64,000 nt of DNA, taken from the NCBI GenBank assembly GCA_964585915.1, contig CAZPFU010000001.1, forward strand, positions 31,420 to 95,419, written 5' to 3'. Shown here piece after piece: positions 1-9,420 of this stretch (within the stretch, counting starts at the first letter, position 1; each line of letters starts with the position of its first letter). Made by a program: the position numbers and the translations under genes. The notes beneath the pieces were generated by a model. It did no database searches. It worked only from the letters and a program-made list of their open reading frames with translations, and was not told the DNA's origin. The DNA is from an uncultured Methanomassiliicoccus sp. GTDB taxonomy: Archaea; Thermoplasmatota; Thermoplasmata; Methanomassiliicoccales; UBA472.

Positions 1-490
1 TGTCCTCCGGTTTTTTCACCTTGCGCGGGGAGGGCATTCCAGCCTGCTCCAGCACCCAATAATAATCCTTCTCGCCGCCGCGGTCCTCGCAGCGGAGCAG
101 GTTGCGGGAACCGACCAAAGGGACCGCGAAATCGTTCTCCACCGAGTCTATGCCGCAGTAGGAGGTGAACGAGCGGTTCGGCACGAAAAGAACGTTCTCC
201 TTCAGCAGGCGGTCGACCACCGGTCTGCTCGTCGCGTCCTTGAACTTCTTGAGCATCAAGGCCTCGTCGACTATGCCCCTTCTCAACTGTCCGTTCTTCT
301 CCCGGTAGGCCTTGAAGTACTTGGTGTAGGCCGAGTCGCGCCCTTCCTGGCATACGGCTAAGGTGCGGAAGCCCTCCTCCACCGCGCCATCGCAGACGTC
401 GAGCGCGGAGTGCGAGGCTAGCACCCCGATCTTGATCTTCTCCGGATCATAAGCTTCCAGTTTGCCCAGGATGGTGTCCCTGTCGATCAT
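1..490 (-). CDS. purP: FAICAR synthetase PurP, N-terminal part; the gene continues beyond the window start
   Basis: Minus-strand ORF open to the window edge with ATG at 490, absent from the ORF track because it is truncated. The translation MIDRDTILGKLEAYDPEKIKIGVLASHSALDV...FVPNRSFTSYCGIDSVENDFAVPLVGSRNLLRCEDR follows the N-terminal pattern of archaeal PurP as I remember it. Confidence 0.6.
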   Translation of the reverse strand, partial: MIDRDTILGKLEAYDPEKIKIGVLASHSALDVCDGAVEEGFRTLAVCQEGRDSAYTKYFKAYREKNGQLRRGIVDEALMLKKFKDATSRPVVDRLLKENVLFVPNRSFTSYCGIDSVENDFAVPLVGSRNLLRCEDRGGEKDYYWVLEQAGMPSPRKVKKPED

Positions 491-546
491 TCAGCTCCCT
501 CAGGAATGGTTAGGGAACGTTCCATAGCATATTAAGTTGTGCCAAA

Positions 547-1779
547 TCAGATGGAAAGGCCTAACATGACGATGGCGGCCATCAAGGCCAGCGAACCGAT
601 GAAATCGATGGCCGACGACGTTACCGGTATGCTGTGATCGTCCGGGTCGAGGGAGAACATGAAGGTGGTCACCGCCACGTAGTAGGAGAGGAAGTTCAGC
701 ACGGTTACGGTCACCAGCCCGGCCAGCAGGCCCAGGGTGATCATTATCAAAAGACCTGGAGACGCCAGTCCGAGGGCGAGGCAGACGAAGTGGGTGGCTA
801 TGCTGACGAAGGTGAACACCCACAGGGCGAAGATGTAGATGATGGCGAAGTTCTCGTAGCTGACCTTGCCGGGGACCTTTCCGGGAAGCATGATACCCAT
901 GTGCAGGAGGGAGGACATGCGGGAGGTGAGTATCCCCCCCAACGCATTGCAGTTCTGCAGGAACAGCGGGATCAGCACTAGCAGGGCCGGGAACGCCACC
1001 AGGTGGCTTATCTGGTCCTCGATGGTGAGACCTGCGCCCAGGTCCAGAAGGATGCATATGATGAGCACCGGGGAGCTCTGCACGAAGATGCGCTTGGCCT
1101 CTTCGTCCCTTCTGTACAAGGCTTCGTAGATCAGGTAGACCGTGATGACGAAGAACAGCACCATCATAACGTCGTAGAACAGGACGGCCAGGTCCCCGCT
1201 CCAGTTCAGCACCAGGATGCCGGCCAGGAAGAGCATCGGCAAGGTGACGATATCACCGGCGGCGGTGAGCAGCGGCGCGCTGATGTTGTCTATGTCCCAA
1301 TTTCTACGGAAGCCGAGGTTGGCCACCACCACGTTCACCACCAGCAGCACCAGCCCGGCCAGGACCCCGCCGAAAACGGAGATGAAGATGAACTGCTGCA
1401 TGCTGATGCTGTTCACCCCCAAGGCCGCAGAGACCACCTTGGCCAGGAATCCCATGAGGAACGATACTACCATGGTCAGGATGAGGGAGGCCTCCATGTT
1501 CTGACGGAGAATGCTTCCCTTGCGGAGCGAGAGCTCGAAGGTACCCACATGCATGGAGGTTCCCAGCCGGCTTCCCAAGGCTCCGAAGATGTTCCCCCTC
1601 ATCCCGATGGCCGCCGGGATCAGGATCATCAGTCCGGGGAGCAGCTCCAGGGTGTCGGTCATGAAACCAAGCGTAACCCCGGCCATGATGTCGCCGAGCG
1701 AGGAGATGAGCAGGGCGGTGAACCCCAGGGTGAAGACCGTTTTATTGTTGGAGAAGAAAGTCTTCACTGTCCCGCTCAT
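547..1779 (-). CDS. Divalent-cation (Mg2+) transporter with tandem MgtE-type membrane domains
   Basis: 410-aa polytopic membrane ORF with two copies of the MgtE-like motif (PGLMILIPAAIGMRGNIFGALGSRL and LLVLIPLFLQNCNALGGILTSRM). The opposite-strand ORFs are low-complexity shadows. Confidence 0.65.
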   Translation of the reverse strand: MSGTVKTFFSNNKTVFTLGFTALLISSLGDIMAGVTLGFMTDTLELLPGLMILIPAAIGMRGNIFGALGSRLGTSMHVGTFELSLRKGSILRQNMEASLILTMVVSFLMGFLAKVVSAALGVNSISMQQFIFISVFGGVLAGLVLLVVNVVVANLGFRRNWDIDNISAPLLTAAGDIVTLPMLFLAGILVLNWSGDLAVLFYDVMMVLFFVITVYLIYEALYRRDEEAKRIFVQSSPVLIICILLDLGAGLTIEDQISHLVAFPALLVLIPLFLQNCNALGGILTSRMSSLLHMGIMLPGKVPGKVSYENFAIIYIFALWVFTFVSIATHFVCLALGLASPGLLIMITLGLLAGLVTVTVLNFLSYYVAVTTFMFSLDPDDHSIPVTSSAIDFIGSLALMAAIVMLGLSI

Positions 1780-2053
1780 CCTAGCACCCGCTAGAGGTAG
1801 GATTTGACTCTATTAATAATAAGCCATCCACCTGACCAGATGGTCGTGCTCTGGCAGCCTGGAGAGGTTCTATCCGACCAAATTCGCAACGATGATATAT
1901 GGCTAACCTCATAAGGAAGGAACGGCGGGTCCGCCAGGCCTCGACGGGCTGGTGGTTCCGTGAGGCCAACTGAGATGTCACGAGCGATATCCTTGTACAA
2001 CCCCCGCAACAGCTGGAGGTCCATCGCTGTGACCCGGCGCAGGTGTTCTTTTT

Positions 2054-2704
2054 ATGTATGACCTTGGAAGGGAGCAACGTCTGGACAAATACGATCTGGC
2101 TCACGCCACGGTCAGGGAGATACTCACCGAGATGAAGGACATCTCGGAGATCATGGTCGACCTGGCCTACGCGTCCATCATGTTCGACAGCGAGGAGATC
2201 GCCGAGGAGGTCAAGAACCTCGAGGAGGACATGGAGGAGCTCAGCAAGAACATTCGCATCAAGGCCATGCTCTCCGCGCGCACCCACAAGGACGCGACCA
2301 AGCTGTCTTCGTTGCTGGAGGTGGCCGCCGCCTCCAGGCGCATATCGAACGCCGCCGGGGACATCGTAAAGCTTATGGAGTGCGAGGTCGACAAGCGCCC
2401 GTTCCTGACGTTCATCCTGAGGGAAGCGGAGGAGAAGATCAAGCGCCTGGTGCTCGCTGACTCCTCGGACATGGTCGGGCGTCAGATAGGTGATCTGGGA
2501 GTGGAGTCGGAGACCGGGATGCGCATCATCGCCATCAAGCGCGGGAAGCGCTGGATATACGACCCGGAGGAAGAGACCAAGCTCAAGGCCGGCGACACCC
2601 TGATCGTTCGCGGCACCGACGACGGTTGCGAGATCCTACGCTCCTTCGCCAACGGCGAGGAGAAGTGGCCGGTGTACCCGGAGGAAGAGGAGGAGGAGGA
2701 CTGA
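2054..2704 (+). CDS. Regulatory protein with a PhoU-like helical N-terminus and a TrkA-C ligand-binding domain
   Basis: The N-terminus reads DLAYASIMFDSEEIAEEV. The C-terminus GRQIGDLGVESETGMRIIAIKRGKRWIYDPEEETKLKAGDTLIVRG is typical of TrkA-C. It lies divergent from the MgtE-like transporter. Confidence 0.65.
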   Translation: MYDLGREQRLDKYDLAHATVREILTEMKDISEIMVDLAYASIMFDSEEIAEEVKNLEEDMEELSKNIRIKAMLSARTHKDATKLSSLLEVAAASRRISNAAGDIVKLMECEVDKRPFLTFILREAEEKIKRLVLADSSDMVGRQIGDLGVESETGMRIIAIKRGKRWIYDPEEETKLKAGDTLIVRGTDDGCEILRSFANGEEKWPVYPEEEEEED

Positions 2705-3282
2705 TGGACCAGCTTGACGAGATGCTGCTGGAGCTCAAGGACTCTTCCGAGCTCATGATCGACCTGGCCTATTCGTCCCTGTTGTACAACAACAAGGAGA
2801 TCGCCGAGGAGGTCATCCTGATGGAGGAGATGCTGGACGAGCTGGCCAACGACATACAGCGCCAGGCCATCGCCCGGGTCATGCAGGACCGCGACGAGGG
2901 GAAGGCGTTCACCGCCATCAAGCTGGCCGCTGCGGTGGAGGAGATCTCGGACGCGGCGATGCAGATCGCCATGGTCACCATCCACGACGACGAGCCGCAC
3001 CCGGTGATACGGCTGAGCATCAAGGACGCCGACACCACCATCACCTTGGCCGAGGTCAAGCAGGGCTCCGACCTGGTGGGCAAGAGCCTGGGAAAGATGA
3101 GACTGGCCAGCCAGAGCGGCATGTGGGTCGTCGCATTAAAAAGGGACCGAAAGTACCTCTACGGCCCGGACAAGAACGCCGTTCTGGAAGTGGGCGATGT
3201 GATAATAGCCCGCGGACCGCCGGACGCCGAGAAGTACTTCCACGACCTGTGCTCAGGCGAGGAACGTCTGGAAGAGCCGTAG
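2704..3282 (+). CDS. Second PhoU-like/TrkA-C regulatory protein, a paralog of the preceding gene
   Basis: Start taken at the ATG that overlaps the upstream TGA (TGATG at 2702-2706). It has the same architecture as its neighbour (DLAYSSLLYNNKEIAEEV ... GKSLGKMRLASQSGMWVVALKRDRKYLYGPDKNAVLEVGDVIIARG). Confidence 0.65.
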   Translation: MDQLDEMLLELKDSSELMIDLAYSSLLYNNKEIAEEVILMEEMLDELANDIQRQAIARVMQDRDEGKAFTAIKLAAAVEEISDAAMQIAMVTIHDDEPHPVIRLSIKDADTTITLAEVKQGSDLVGKSLGKMRLASQSGMWVVALKRDRKYLYGPDKNAVLEVGDVIIARGPPDAEKYFHDLCSGEERLEEP

Positions 3283-3291
3283 GATAAGGAG

Positions 3292-3364
3292 TAGCCCCGG
3301 GCAGATTCGAACTGCCGTCGCAGGATCCAGAGTCCCGCATGATTGACCGCTACACTACGGGGCT
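3292..3364 (-). tRNA. tRNA-Gln (anticodon CUG)
   Basis: The reverse complement is AGCCCCGTAGTGTAGCGGTCAATCATGCGGGACTCTGGATCCTGCGACGGCAGTTCGAATCTGCCCGGGGCTA. Acceptor stem is AGCCCCG/CGGGGCT, anticodon stem CGGGA/TCCTG, loop CTCTGGA, and T-arm GGCAG-TTCGAAT-CTGCC. Confidence 0.85.
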
Positions 3365-3418
3365 GTGCGGAACCGAGGTAAATGCTACCTGGTTTTAATC
3401 TTTTCGCAGGAAGATGGT

Positions 3419-4051
3419 TCAGGCGGCCTTGACGACCGCCGAGATCCGCTTGTACACATCGTCTATCGGACCCATGCCGTCCACGGATCTCAGGACGCCT
3501 TTCTTGCGGTAGAACTCGGTCAGGGGGGCGGTGCGCTCTGTGTAGGTGGTGAACCGCTCACGAACCACCTTCTCGGTGTCGTCGCTCCTCTGGTACAGTT
3601 CGCCGCCGCACTTGTCGCAGACCCCGCTCTTCTTCGGCGGGTTGAACTCCAGGTGGAACACTGCGTTGCACGCGCGGCAAGACCTCCTCTCGGTGAGGCG
3701 CTTGATCAGCGCCTCCTGGTCCACCTCCAGGTCGACCGCCATCTCCACCTTGAAGAACTGGTCGAGCGCCTGGGCCTGCTCCAGAGAGCGGGGGAACCCG
3801 TCCAGCAGCACGCCGCCCTTGAGCCCCTTGAGCTTCTCTCTGATCAGTCCGACGACCAGATCGTCCGGCACCAGCTTTCCGGCGTCCATGAAGGACTTCG
3901 CCTTCACGCCCAGCTCCGTTCCGTTCCGGACCGCCTCGCGCAGCAGGTCCCCGGTGGATATCTTGGTGAAACCGAACTCAGCTACCAGCCTCTCGGTCTG
4001 CGTTCCCTTGCCCGATCCCGGAGGCCCCAAAAGCACGATCTTCAGGTCCAT
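3419..4051 (-). CDS. adk: Adenylate kinase
   Basis: Start moved to MDLKIVLLGPPGSGKGTQ (P-loop). A zinc LID is present (CRACNAVFH...CDKCGG). The longer ORF-track start adds an unlikely leader. Confidence 0.85.
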   Translation of the reverse strand: MDLKIVLLGPPGSGKGTQTERLVAEFGFTKISTGDLLREAVRNGTELGVKAKSFMDAGKLVPDDLVVGLIREKLKGLKGGVLLDGFPRSLEQAQALDQFFKVEMAVDLEVDQEALIKRLTERRSCRACNAVFHLEFNPPKKSGVCDKCGGELYQRSDDTEKVVRERFTTYTERTAPLTEFYRKKGVLRSVDGMGPIDDVYKRISAVVKAA

Positions 4052-4142
4052 GCTCGGCCATGCCGCTCCCCATAAATCATCTTTGCGATTTTTCCGTCCC
4101 GGCGGCAATAGGATTATGTCCTAGCCTGGCAATCAAACCCGC

Positions 4143-4673
4143 ATGCTAGGTGGGGAATTGGTGGGGCTGGTGCCCCTGCAGACGACAGACGAACTGGCGC
4201 TGTATAAGTGGCTGAACGACCCGCGGGTCCGCAAGGCCTCCGGTCGCCAGACCTGGAAACCCGCCTACAGCCTGGAGCAGGTCCAGGACCTCATAAAGGA
4301 GCAACTGGCCCAGCCATCCCGCTTCGACCTGATGATCGTCGACCGGCAAACCGAAAGGCCGATGGGATTGATCGAGCTTGCCCACATCCAGCCGATGAGC
4401 GATTCCGCGCAGATCACTATGATCTGGGGGGAGAAGGGCGACGATGAGATGGCGACCGAGGCCTTGATACTGGCCGCCGGATACGCCTTCAACTCCCAGA
4501 GTTTGCATCGCCTTTGGACCAGGGTCCCAGCCAGGGAGAAGGACAAACTGGGCCTCTTCCGGAAGGTGGGGTTCGAGCAGGAGGGCATCCTCCGGGAGGA
4601 CCATTTCTGTGAGGGCGGATGGCAGGACTCGGTCCTGCTTTCGCTGCTCTCGGCGGAGGCCCGGCCATGCTGA
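4143..4673 (+). CDS. GNAT-family N-acetyltransferase (RimJ/RimL-like)
   Basis: 176 aa with the usual N-terminal W..D..V pattern (YKWLNDPRVRK) and a C-terminal GF..EG.LR motif (VGFEQEGILREDHF). Confidence 0.6.
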   Translation: MLGGELVGLVPLQTTDELALYKWLNDPRVRKASGRQTWKPAYSLEQVQDLIKEQLAQPSRFDLMIVDRQTERPMGLIELAHIQPMSDSAQITMIWGEKGDDEMATEALILAAGYAFNSQSLHRLWTRVPAREKDKLGLFRKVGFEQEGILREDHFCEGGWQDSVLLSLLSAEARPC

Positions 4674-5212
4674 GCGGTGAGATCGTGGACCTGGTGGCGG
4701 CGGAACGCGCGTATGTCCCAATGTACGTCAAATGGATCAACGACCCCGAGGTCACCCAATGGCTGAAGGCCGATCCCCCCTTCAGCGTGGAGATGGAGCA
4801 CGGATGGGTGGACCGCCTGCGGCGCGAGGGGAAGACCACCTTCACCATCCTGACCAAGGACGGCCGGCCGATAGGCAACATCGGCATGGAGGAAGTGGTC
4901 TGGAAATACCGGCGGGTGACCATAGGCATCATGATCGGGGAGAAGGATTGCTGGGGCAAGGGTTACGGCAGCGATGCTATCACGACCCTTCTGCGCTACT
5001 GCTTCGAGGAGCTGGGCATGCGACGGGTGGACCTGATCACTGATTCCGAGAACCACCGGGCGCAGCACGCCTACAAGAAATGCGGGTTCCGGGTGGAGGG
5101 GCTCATGCGGCAGTACCGCACCAAGAACGGGCGCATAATCGACGACGTGATGATGTCCATCCTGTCCAGCGATTGGTTCTCCCTGCATCCCCCGGAGGGG
5201 CGGGGGGCATAA
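4667..5212 (+). CDS. GNAT-family N-acetyltransferase, second copy
   Basis: Start at an ATG overlapping the upstream stop (ATGCTGA). Motifs: YVKWINDPEV, WGKGYGSDAITTLLRYCF (acetyl-CoA binding type) and CGFRVEGLMRQY. Confidence 0.65.
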   Translation: MLSGEIVDLVAAERAYVPMYVKWINDPEVTQWLKADPPFSVEMEHGWVDRLRREGKTTFTILTKDGRPIGNIGMEEVVWKYRRVTIGIMIGEKDCWGKGYGSDAITTLLRYCFEELGMRRVDLITDSENHRAQHAYKKCGFRVEGLMRQYRTKNGRIIDDVMMSILSSDWFSLHPPEGRGA

Positions 5213-5249
5213 GGTATTTGTACGAAAATATCATTGGCGTTAATCCTAG

Positions 5250-5333
5250 GCAGGGGTAGCCAAGCCTGGCCAACGGCGCTAGATTCAGGGTCTAGTCCTT
5301 AGTGGTCCGAGGGTTCAAATCCCTTCCCCTGCA
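5250..5333 (+). tRNA. tRNA-Leu (anticodon CAG), long variable arm
   Basis: Sequence GCAGGGGTAGCCAAGCCTGGCCAACGGCGCTAGATTCAGGGTCTAGTCCTTAGTGGTCCGAGGGTTCAAATCCCTTCCCCTGCA. Acceptor stem is GCAGGGG/CCCCTGC, anticodon stem CTAGA/TCTAG, and loop TTCAGGG. Confidence 0.85.
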
Positions 5334-5365
5334 CTTTTTCCCCTTCTGAAGCATCACCGGTCCCG

Positions 5366-6946
5366 TCATCCTTTCTTCATCCTCAGGACCAATAGAACGA
5401 CCAGCATGGCGATGATGGCCGCCAGAAGAACGATGACCACCAGCAGATACGTCTCCGTAATGTCCTTCTTCTGAGACACCTCACCAACGTTCGAACCCAT
5501 GAGCAGACCGTAGTACGTCGTCCCGGGACCGGGGAACTCCGATCCGGCCGGGGCGTGGCCACGCAGGTCCGACGGGGTATGGAGTATCCAATCCGTCCCC
5601 ACCTCGATCTGCGCGGAGGAGCCGAGGAAGGTTATGTTGTCCAGCGTCAGGCAGTCGGCGAAGGCGTACGTCTGGACCTCATTGACGCTGGCGGGTATCG
5701 CTATCGAGCTCAGCAGCTTGCAACCGGAGAAGGCGGACATGCCGATGACCTCCACGCTGTCACCCATCTCCACCGTTTCCAGCTTGGTACAGCTGAAGAA
5801 GGACATTACGCCGATCTTCTCGACCCCGTCACCTATCCTTACGGAGGTGATGCTGCACCCGGCCACGGAGAGCATGGATATCTCTCTCACGCTGTCCGGG
5901 ATGGTCAGATTCCCCGTCTTTCCGGCCGGGCACTGCATCAGGACGGTCACGGTCTTGTTGTACAGGACCCCGTCGATGCTGCGGAAATATCCGTTGTCGG
6001 GGTCCACATCGATCCACGATAGGCTTTCGCACTCGGCGAAGGCGTAGTTCCCGACCTCCTCCACGCTGGCCGGGATGGTCAGGTTGGCCAAGGAGGTGCA
6101 GCCGGCGAACGCCCCCATGCCGATGCTCTCCAGGCCGGAGGGAAGGTCGATCGCGATGAGGGATTCGCAGTCCTGGAAGGCGCCGTAGCCGATGCCCCTC
6201 AATCCGAACGGTACCGTGAAGGTCTCCAATTTCCCGCATTCGCTGAACGCCATGACGCCGATGGTCTGAAGCTGGCTGCCTGAGGAGAACGTCACGGTCC
6301 TCAGATCGTCGGCGCTCTCGAACATGTAATCGTCTATCTCGGCCACCCCGCTGCCTATGACCAGGTTCTCGAGGTACCGGCAGTCGTCGAAGCAACCATC
6401 GCGGAGAGAGGTCACGGAATCCGGGATGGACACGTCCCCGGCCAAGGCCGGGGGGCATTTGATCAGGGTGGTGAAAGCGTCATCGTACAGGACCCCGCCC
6501 ACGCTGGTATAGTAAGGATTGCCGATATGCACCGATATTTCCTCGAGGTGATAGCAGTTGTAGAACACCGCGTCCCCTATTGAGGAAACGCCGCTGCCGA
6601 TGTACGCCGTCACCAGATTATCGCAATTGGCGAAGGCGTAGTTCTGGATGGTGTGCACGCTGCTTGGAATGAGCACTGATGTCACATGATACCCGGAGGC
6701 TCTGTTGAACGCCTCGTAGCGGATGATGGCGGTCGGGTACCCGCCCAGCGTGGCAGGGATGCTGATGTCCCCACCGGCTCCGGTGTAAGCGGTGATCATG
6801 GCCACCGCGGGATCGCCGGTCAGCTCGTACTCATAATCCCCGTCCACCAGGGCGGCGGCCTCCTGAGGGACCAGCACCAAGGCTGACATCAGCAGCGTGA
6901 ACACTATCATGATCGGCATAACGACGTTCTTCGGATGGGCATCCAT
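5366..6946 (-). CDS. Surface protein with BspA-type leucine-rich repeats (N-terminal signal, C-terminal membrane anchor)
   Basis: Many tandem ~23-aa repeats of the form IP.SV..IG..AF..C..L. The N-terminus is hydrophobic and the C-terminus is a TM segment plus a basic tail (LLVVIVLLAAIIAMLVVLLVLRMKKG). Confidence 0.75.
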   Translation of the reverse strand: MDAHPKNVVMPIMIVFTLLMSALVLVPQEAAALVDGDYEYELTGDPAVAMITAYTGAGGDISIPATLGGYPTAIIRYEAFNRASGYHVTSVLIPSSVHTIQNYAFANCDNLVTAYIGSGVSSIGDAVFYNCYHLEEISVHIGNPYYTSVGGVLYDDAFTTLIKCPPALAGDVSIPDSVTSLRDGCFDDCRYLENLVIGSGVAEIDDYMFESADDLRTVTFSSGSQLQTIGVMAFSECGKLETFTVPFGLRGIGYGAFQDCESLIAIDLPSGLESIGMGAFAGCTSLANLTIPASVEEVGNYAFAECESLSWIDVDPDNGYFRSIDGVLYNKTVTVLMQCPAGKTGNLTIPDSVREISMLSVAGCSITSVRIGDGVEKIGVMSFFSCTKLETVEMGDSVEVIGMSAFSGCKLLSSIAIPASVNEVQTYAFADCLTLDNITFLGSSAQIEVGTDWILHTPSDLRGHAPAGSEFPGPGTTYYGLLMGSNVGEVSQKKDITETYLLVVIVLLAAIIAMLVVLLVLRMKKG

Positions 6947-7074
6947 AACGACCAGCCACCTTGTCCTGAGGGAGATTACGCCCTTGCCAGGGATTTAAGG
7001 CGTTCGCAATCGCGGGCAGTGCTCAAATAAATACAAATACTACATGTAATCATATGGTGATTATGGTGATATAG

Positions 7075-7383
7075 GTGAGAATAACACCGGCGAAGTATGA
7101 CGCGGAGTACGCGTGGCTGAGGAACGGGGAAGTAGTGCCAGCAAGGCAAACAGAGCCGAAGATCAAGGTCCGGAGGCAAGCCCACGTTACAGATTCCTGG
7201 AGGATCGGCCGCCCTACGGTCATGGGATTGGTCCTCCAAGGCCTGGGAGCGGTGGTCCTGGGCGTTCTGGCGATGGACGGACACATGATCACCCTGCTGC
7301 CCCTGACGGCGCTGATCGGAGGAGAGGTCATTTTTATTTCCTCCCTGGGGCATAAGGGAGAGCGTTCAGCGGGAGACCATTGA
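7075..7383 (+). CDS. Small hypothetical membrane protein
   Basis: GTG start. Two hydrophobic segments (VMGLVLQGLGAVVLGVLAM, ITLLPLTALIGGEVIFISSL). The stop lies 1 nt before the next ATG. No family recognised. Confidence 0.35.
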   Translation: MRITPAKYDAEYAWLRNGEVVPARQTEPKIKVRRQAHVTDSWRIGRPTVMGLVLQGLGAVVLGVLAMDGHMITLLPLTALIGGEVIFISSLGHKGERSAGDH

Positions 7384-7384
7384 G

Positions 7385-7765
7385 ATGACCAACGTTACCA
7401 TCAGGGGCATCGACGACCAGACCTACCTCAAGTTCTCGGCCCGGGCCACCCTGGAGGGAGTGGCGATAGGCGAGCTCGCCACCAGGGCCATGAACGAGTA
7501 CCTGGACAAGGACCAGGGCAAGATCTATCGCATCGGTAACCTGGAGGACATCGCCATAAACCGGAACGACCTGGAATCGCTGGATGGGGCGGTGATACTC
7601 CAGAACATTGAACGCCTTACCTTGGAGGACGACCTGGACTGGAAACTGGTGAACGAACGGATCAGGTCCATCGAGAACGTGGAGATGCTGGTCCTGCCTA
7701 AAGGGATATCCAAGTTCCAGATGCTCACCAAGGCCAGGAACGTGGAGAAGATCCGTACCGCCTGA
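7385..7765 (+). CDS. Hypothetical protein with a ribbon-helix-helix-like N-terminus
   Basis: The N-terminus VTIRGIDDQTYLKFSARATLEGVAIGELATRAMNEYL resembles RHH/antitoxin-type DNA-binding domains. The remainder was not recognised. Confidence 0.45.
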   Translation: MTNVTIRGIDDQTYLKFSARATLEGVAIGELATRAMNEYLDKDQGKIYRIGNLEDIAINRNDLESLDGAVILQNIERLTLEDDLDWKLVNERIRSIENVEMLVLPKGISKFQMLTKARNVEKIRTA

Positions 7766-7808
7766 ACGTAACGACATCGATTAATATCATCCACGGCCAT
7801 GGACGGGC

Positions 7809-8213
7809 ATGGTCGCGCTCACACCTGAAATGCAGGAGCTTTTCAAAGGAACCAAGTATTTCGCACTGGCCACCGCCTCCAAGGGGGGCGAGCCGAACGT
7901 AGTACCGATAGGAATGGCCATCCTGATGGACCCGGAGACCATCTGGATCGGCAACCAGTTCTTCCATCAGACCTTGGCCAACCTGAAGGAGAACCCCCGG
8001 GTGGCCTTGCAGGTCTGGACCTTCGGCGTCCCTGGCTGTCTGAAGATCAAGGGCGACGTGCAGGTCGTGGAAAAAGGCCCGGACTACAACAAGATGTACA
8101 ACATGGTCAAGGAGAGGAAGCCGAACCTGGAGTGCAAGGGCCTGGTCATCATGAAGATCACCGACGTCTTCGACTGCCGTTCCGGGGCGGAGGCGGGCAA
8201 GCGCCTTCTCTGA
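7809..8213 (+). CDS. Pyridoxamine 5'-phosphate oxidase-family FMN-binding protein
   Basis: 134 aa. FALATASKGGEPNVVPIGMAIL...NPRVALQVW is typical of the split-barrel PNPOx-like family. Confidence 0.6.
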   Translation: MVALTPEMQELFKGTKYFALATASKGGEPNVVPIGMAILMDPETIWIGNQFFHQTLANLKENPRVALQVWTFGVPGCLKIKGDVQVVEKGPDYNKMYNMVKERKPNLECKGLVIMKITDVFDCRSGAEAGKRLL

Positions 8214-8214
8214 A

Positions 8215-9411
8215 CTACGCCTTATCGGTGAAGGCCGGCTGTTTCAATGCTAGACGCACCGCGTCGATGAACATGATCAGGCCGATCAGCGCCAGGAAGA
8301 AGCCTAGCAGCCAGCTGCCATAGAACTCCACCGGCGGCGCCTTGGTCTCGCCCTGCGCGAACAGGGTGGCCAGTATCATCGGCACGAAGGCGAAGAAGCT
8401 CCGCGCCCAGATGCGTCGGTCCTGCACCGCCCAGACCGATAGGAGCGCGACGAGCATGATCCAGTAGCCGCCGTGCACCTTGGGATAGAAGGTGAAGAAG
8501 GCCATGAGCATCAGGGTGACGCTCTGCCACACGGGCATCTTCTTATAGTACGGGTAGAGGTAGGCGATGGCCATGGCCCCTCCCAGGATGGCCAGCTGCA
8601 CGATGCTGGGCAGGTTCCACCCGCCCATGTACAGGAAGTGCCAGATGGAGTGGCCGCCGGTCGGCCTTCCCTCCTCGCCCAGGAAGTAGAAGTTCAGGAA
8701 GAAGGAGAAGTCGTCCCAGCACATGACCACGAAGGGCAAGGCGATAAGACCGGTAGCAAGCCCCAGGAACAGGACCGACGCGATCCGCCCTTTCCAATCC
8801 CGCTGCTGCAGGAAATGGACCGGGAACAGCAGGAGGGGGAACATCTTGGTCCACACGCCGACGCCGATCGCTGCGGAGGCGGAGCTCTGGCGCTTCAACA
8901 CCATGAGCACCACGGCCAGCATGAAGATGAAGGCCACTATCGACTCGTCCTCCCCGGTGCCCGACTCCACGATGGTGTACGGCGACAGGAGGACTATCAT
9001 GCCGGCGAGATAGGACTTGTTCTCGTCCAGGTGGCGCAGGCCCAGGTACAGCAGCGCGGCCAGAAGGAAGGCGAACAGCGAGAAGTAGGCGCTCCAGACC
9101 CAGTCGTGCTCAGCGCCCCCCAAGAGCTGACCGGGGACCAGCAGGTAGTTGATTATCGGCGGGGTCTCGGTGTGCACGTCACGATAAAGTAGTCCGCCGT
9201 CCAGGATGGTCTGCGTTCTTGCTCGATACACATCCATGTCCGGATGGCTTAGGTCGGGATCGATGGCCGCCATCAGGAAGGCGTTGTCCACCACGATCAT
9301 GGTCCCGTAGACCAGCAGGGCGATCGCTCCATACAGCAGGAGCTTGCGTTCCGGTGAGAGGGAAGCTATCCTTCCCAGGAGCCTGTCGAAGCGCGCCGCC
9401 ATGCTGGACAT
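8215..9411 (-). CDS. Polytopic membrane glycosyltransferase (DUF2029/GT87-like)
   Basis: About 10 TM segments. The N-terminal loop motif DMDVYRARTQTILDGGLLYRD...TPPIINYL resembles lipid-linked-sugar-dependent mannosyltransferases. It is adjacent to GT2 and flippase-like genes. Confidence 0.5.
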   Translation of the reverse strand: MSSMAARFDRLLGRIASLSPERKLLLYGAIALLVYGTMIVVDNAFLMAAIDPDLSHPDMDVYRARTQTILDGGLLYRDVHTETPPIINYLLVPGQLLGGAEHDWVWSAYFSLFAFLLAALLYLGLRHLDENKSYLAGMIVLLSPYTIVESGTGEDESIVAFIFMLAVVLMVLKRQSSASAAIGVGVWTKMFPLLLFPVHFLQQRDWKGRIASVLFLGLATGLIALPFVVMCWDDFSFFLNFYFLGEEGRPTGGHSIWHFLYMGGWNLPSIVQLAILGGAMAIAYLYPYYKKMPVWQSVTLMLMAFFTFYPKVHGGYWIMLVALLSVWAVQDRRIWARSFFAFVPMILATLFAQGETKAPPVEFYGSWLLGFFLALIGLIMFIDAVRLALKQPAFTDKA

Positions 9412-9420
9412 CTGCCACCC

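Noticed and set aside
1003-1794. 263-aa plus-strand ORF (and similar ORFs at 634-981 and 1217-1807) opposite the MgtE-like gene
   Set aside because: The translations are His/Gly/Asp/Gln-rich low-complexity sequence with no motifs. These are typical antisense shadow ORFs of a GC-rich gene whose sense strand has clear MgtE motifs.
1911-1950. GGAAGGAAC...CCGCCAGGCC, reminiscent of the SRP RNA helix-8 motif
   Set aside because: The order of the motifs is wrong for SRP RNA (CAGGCC should precede GGAAGG). The region is too short and lacks the other conserved helices.
4265-5188. 307-aa minus-strand ORF spanning both GNAT genes
   Set aside because: It is Pro/His/Gly/Ala-rich with no recognisable domain. 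The plus-strand ORFs carry GNAT motifs and an ATG/TGA coupling.
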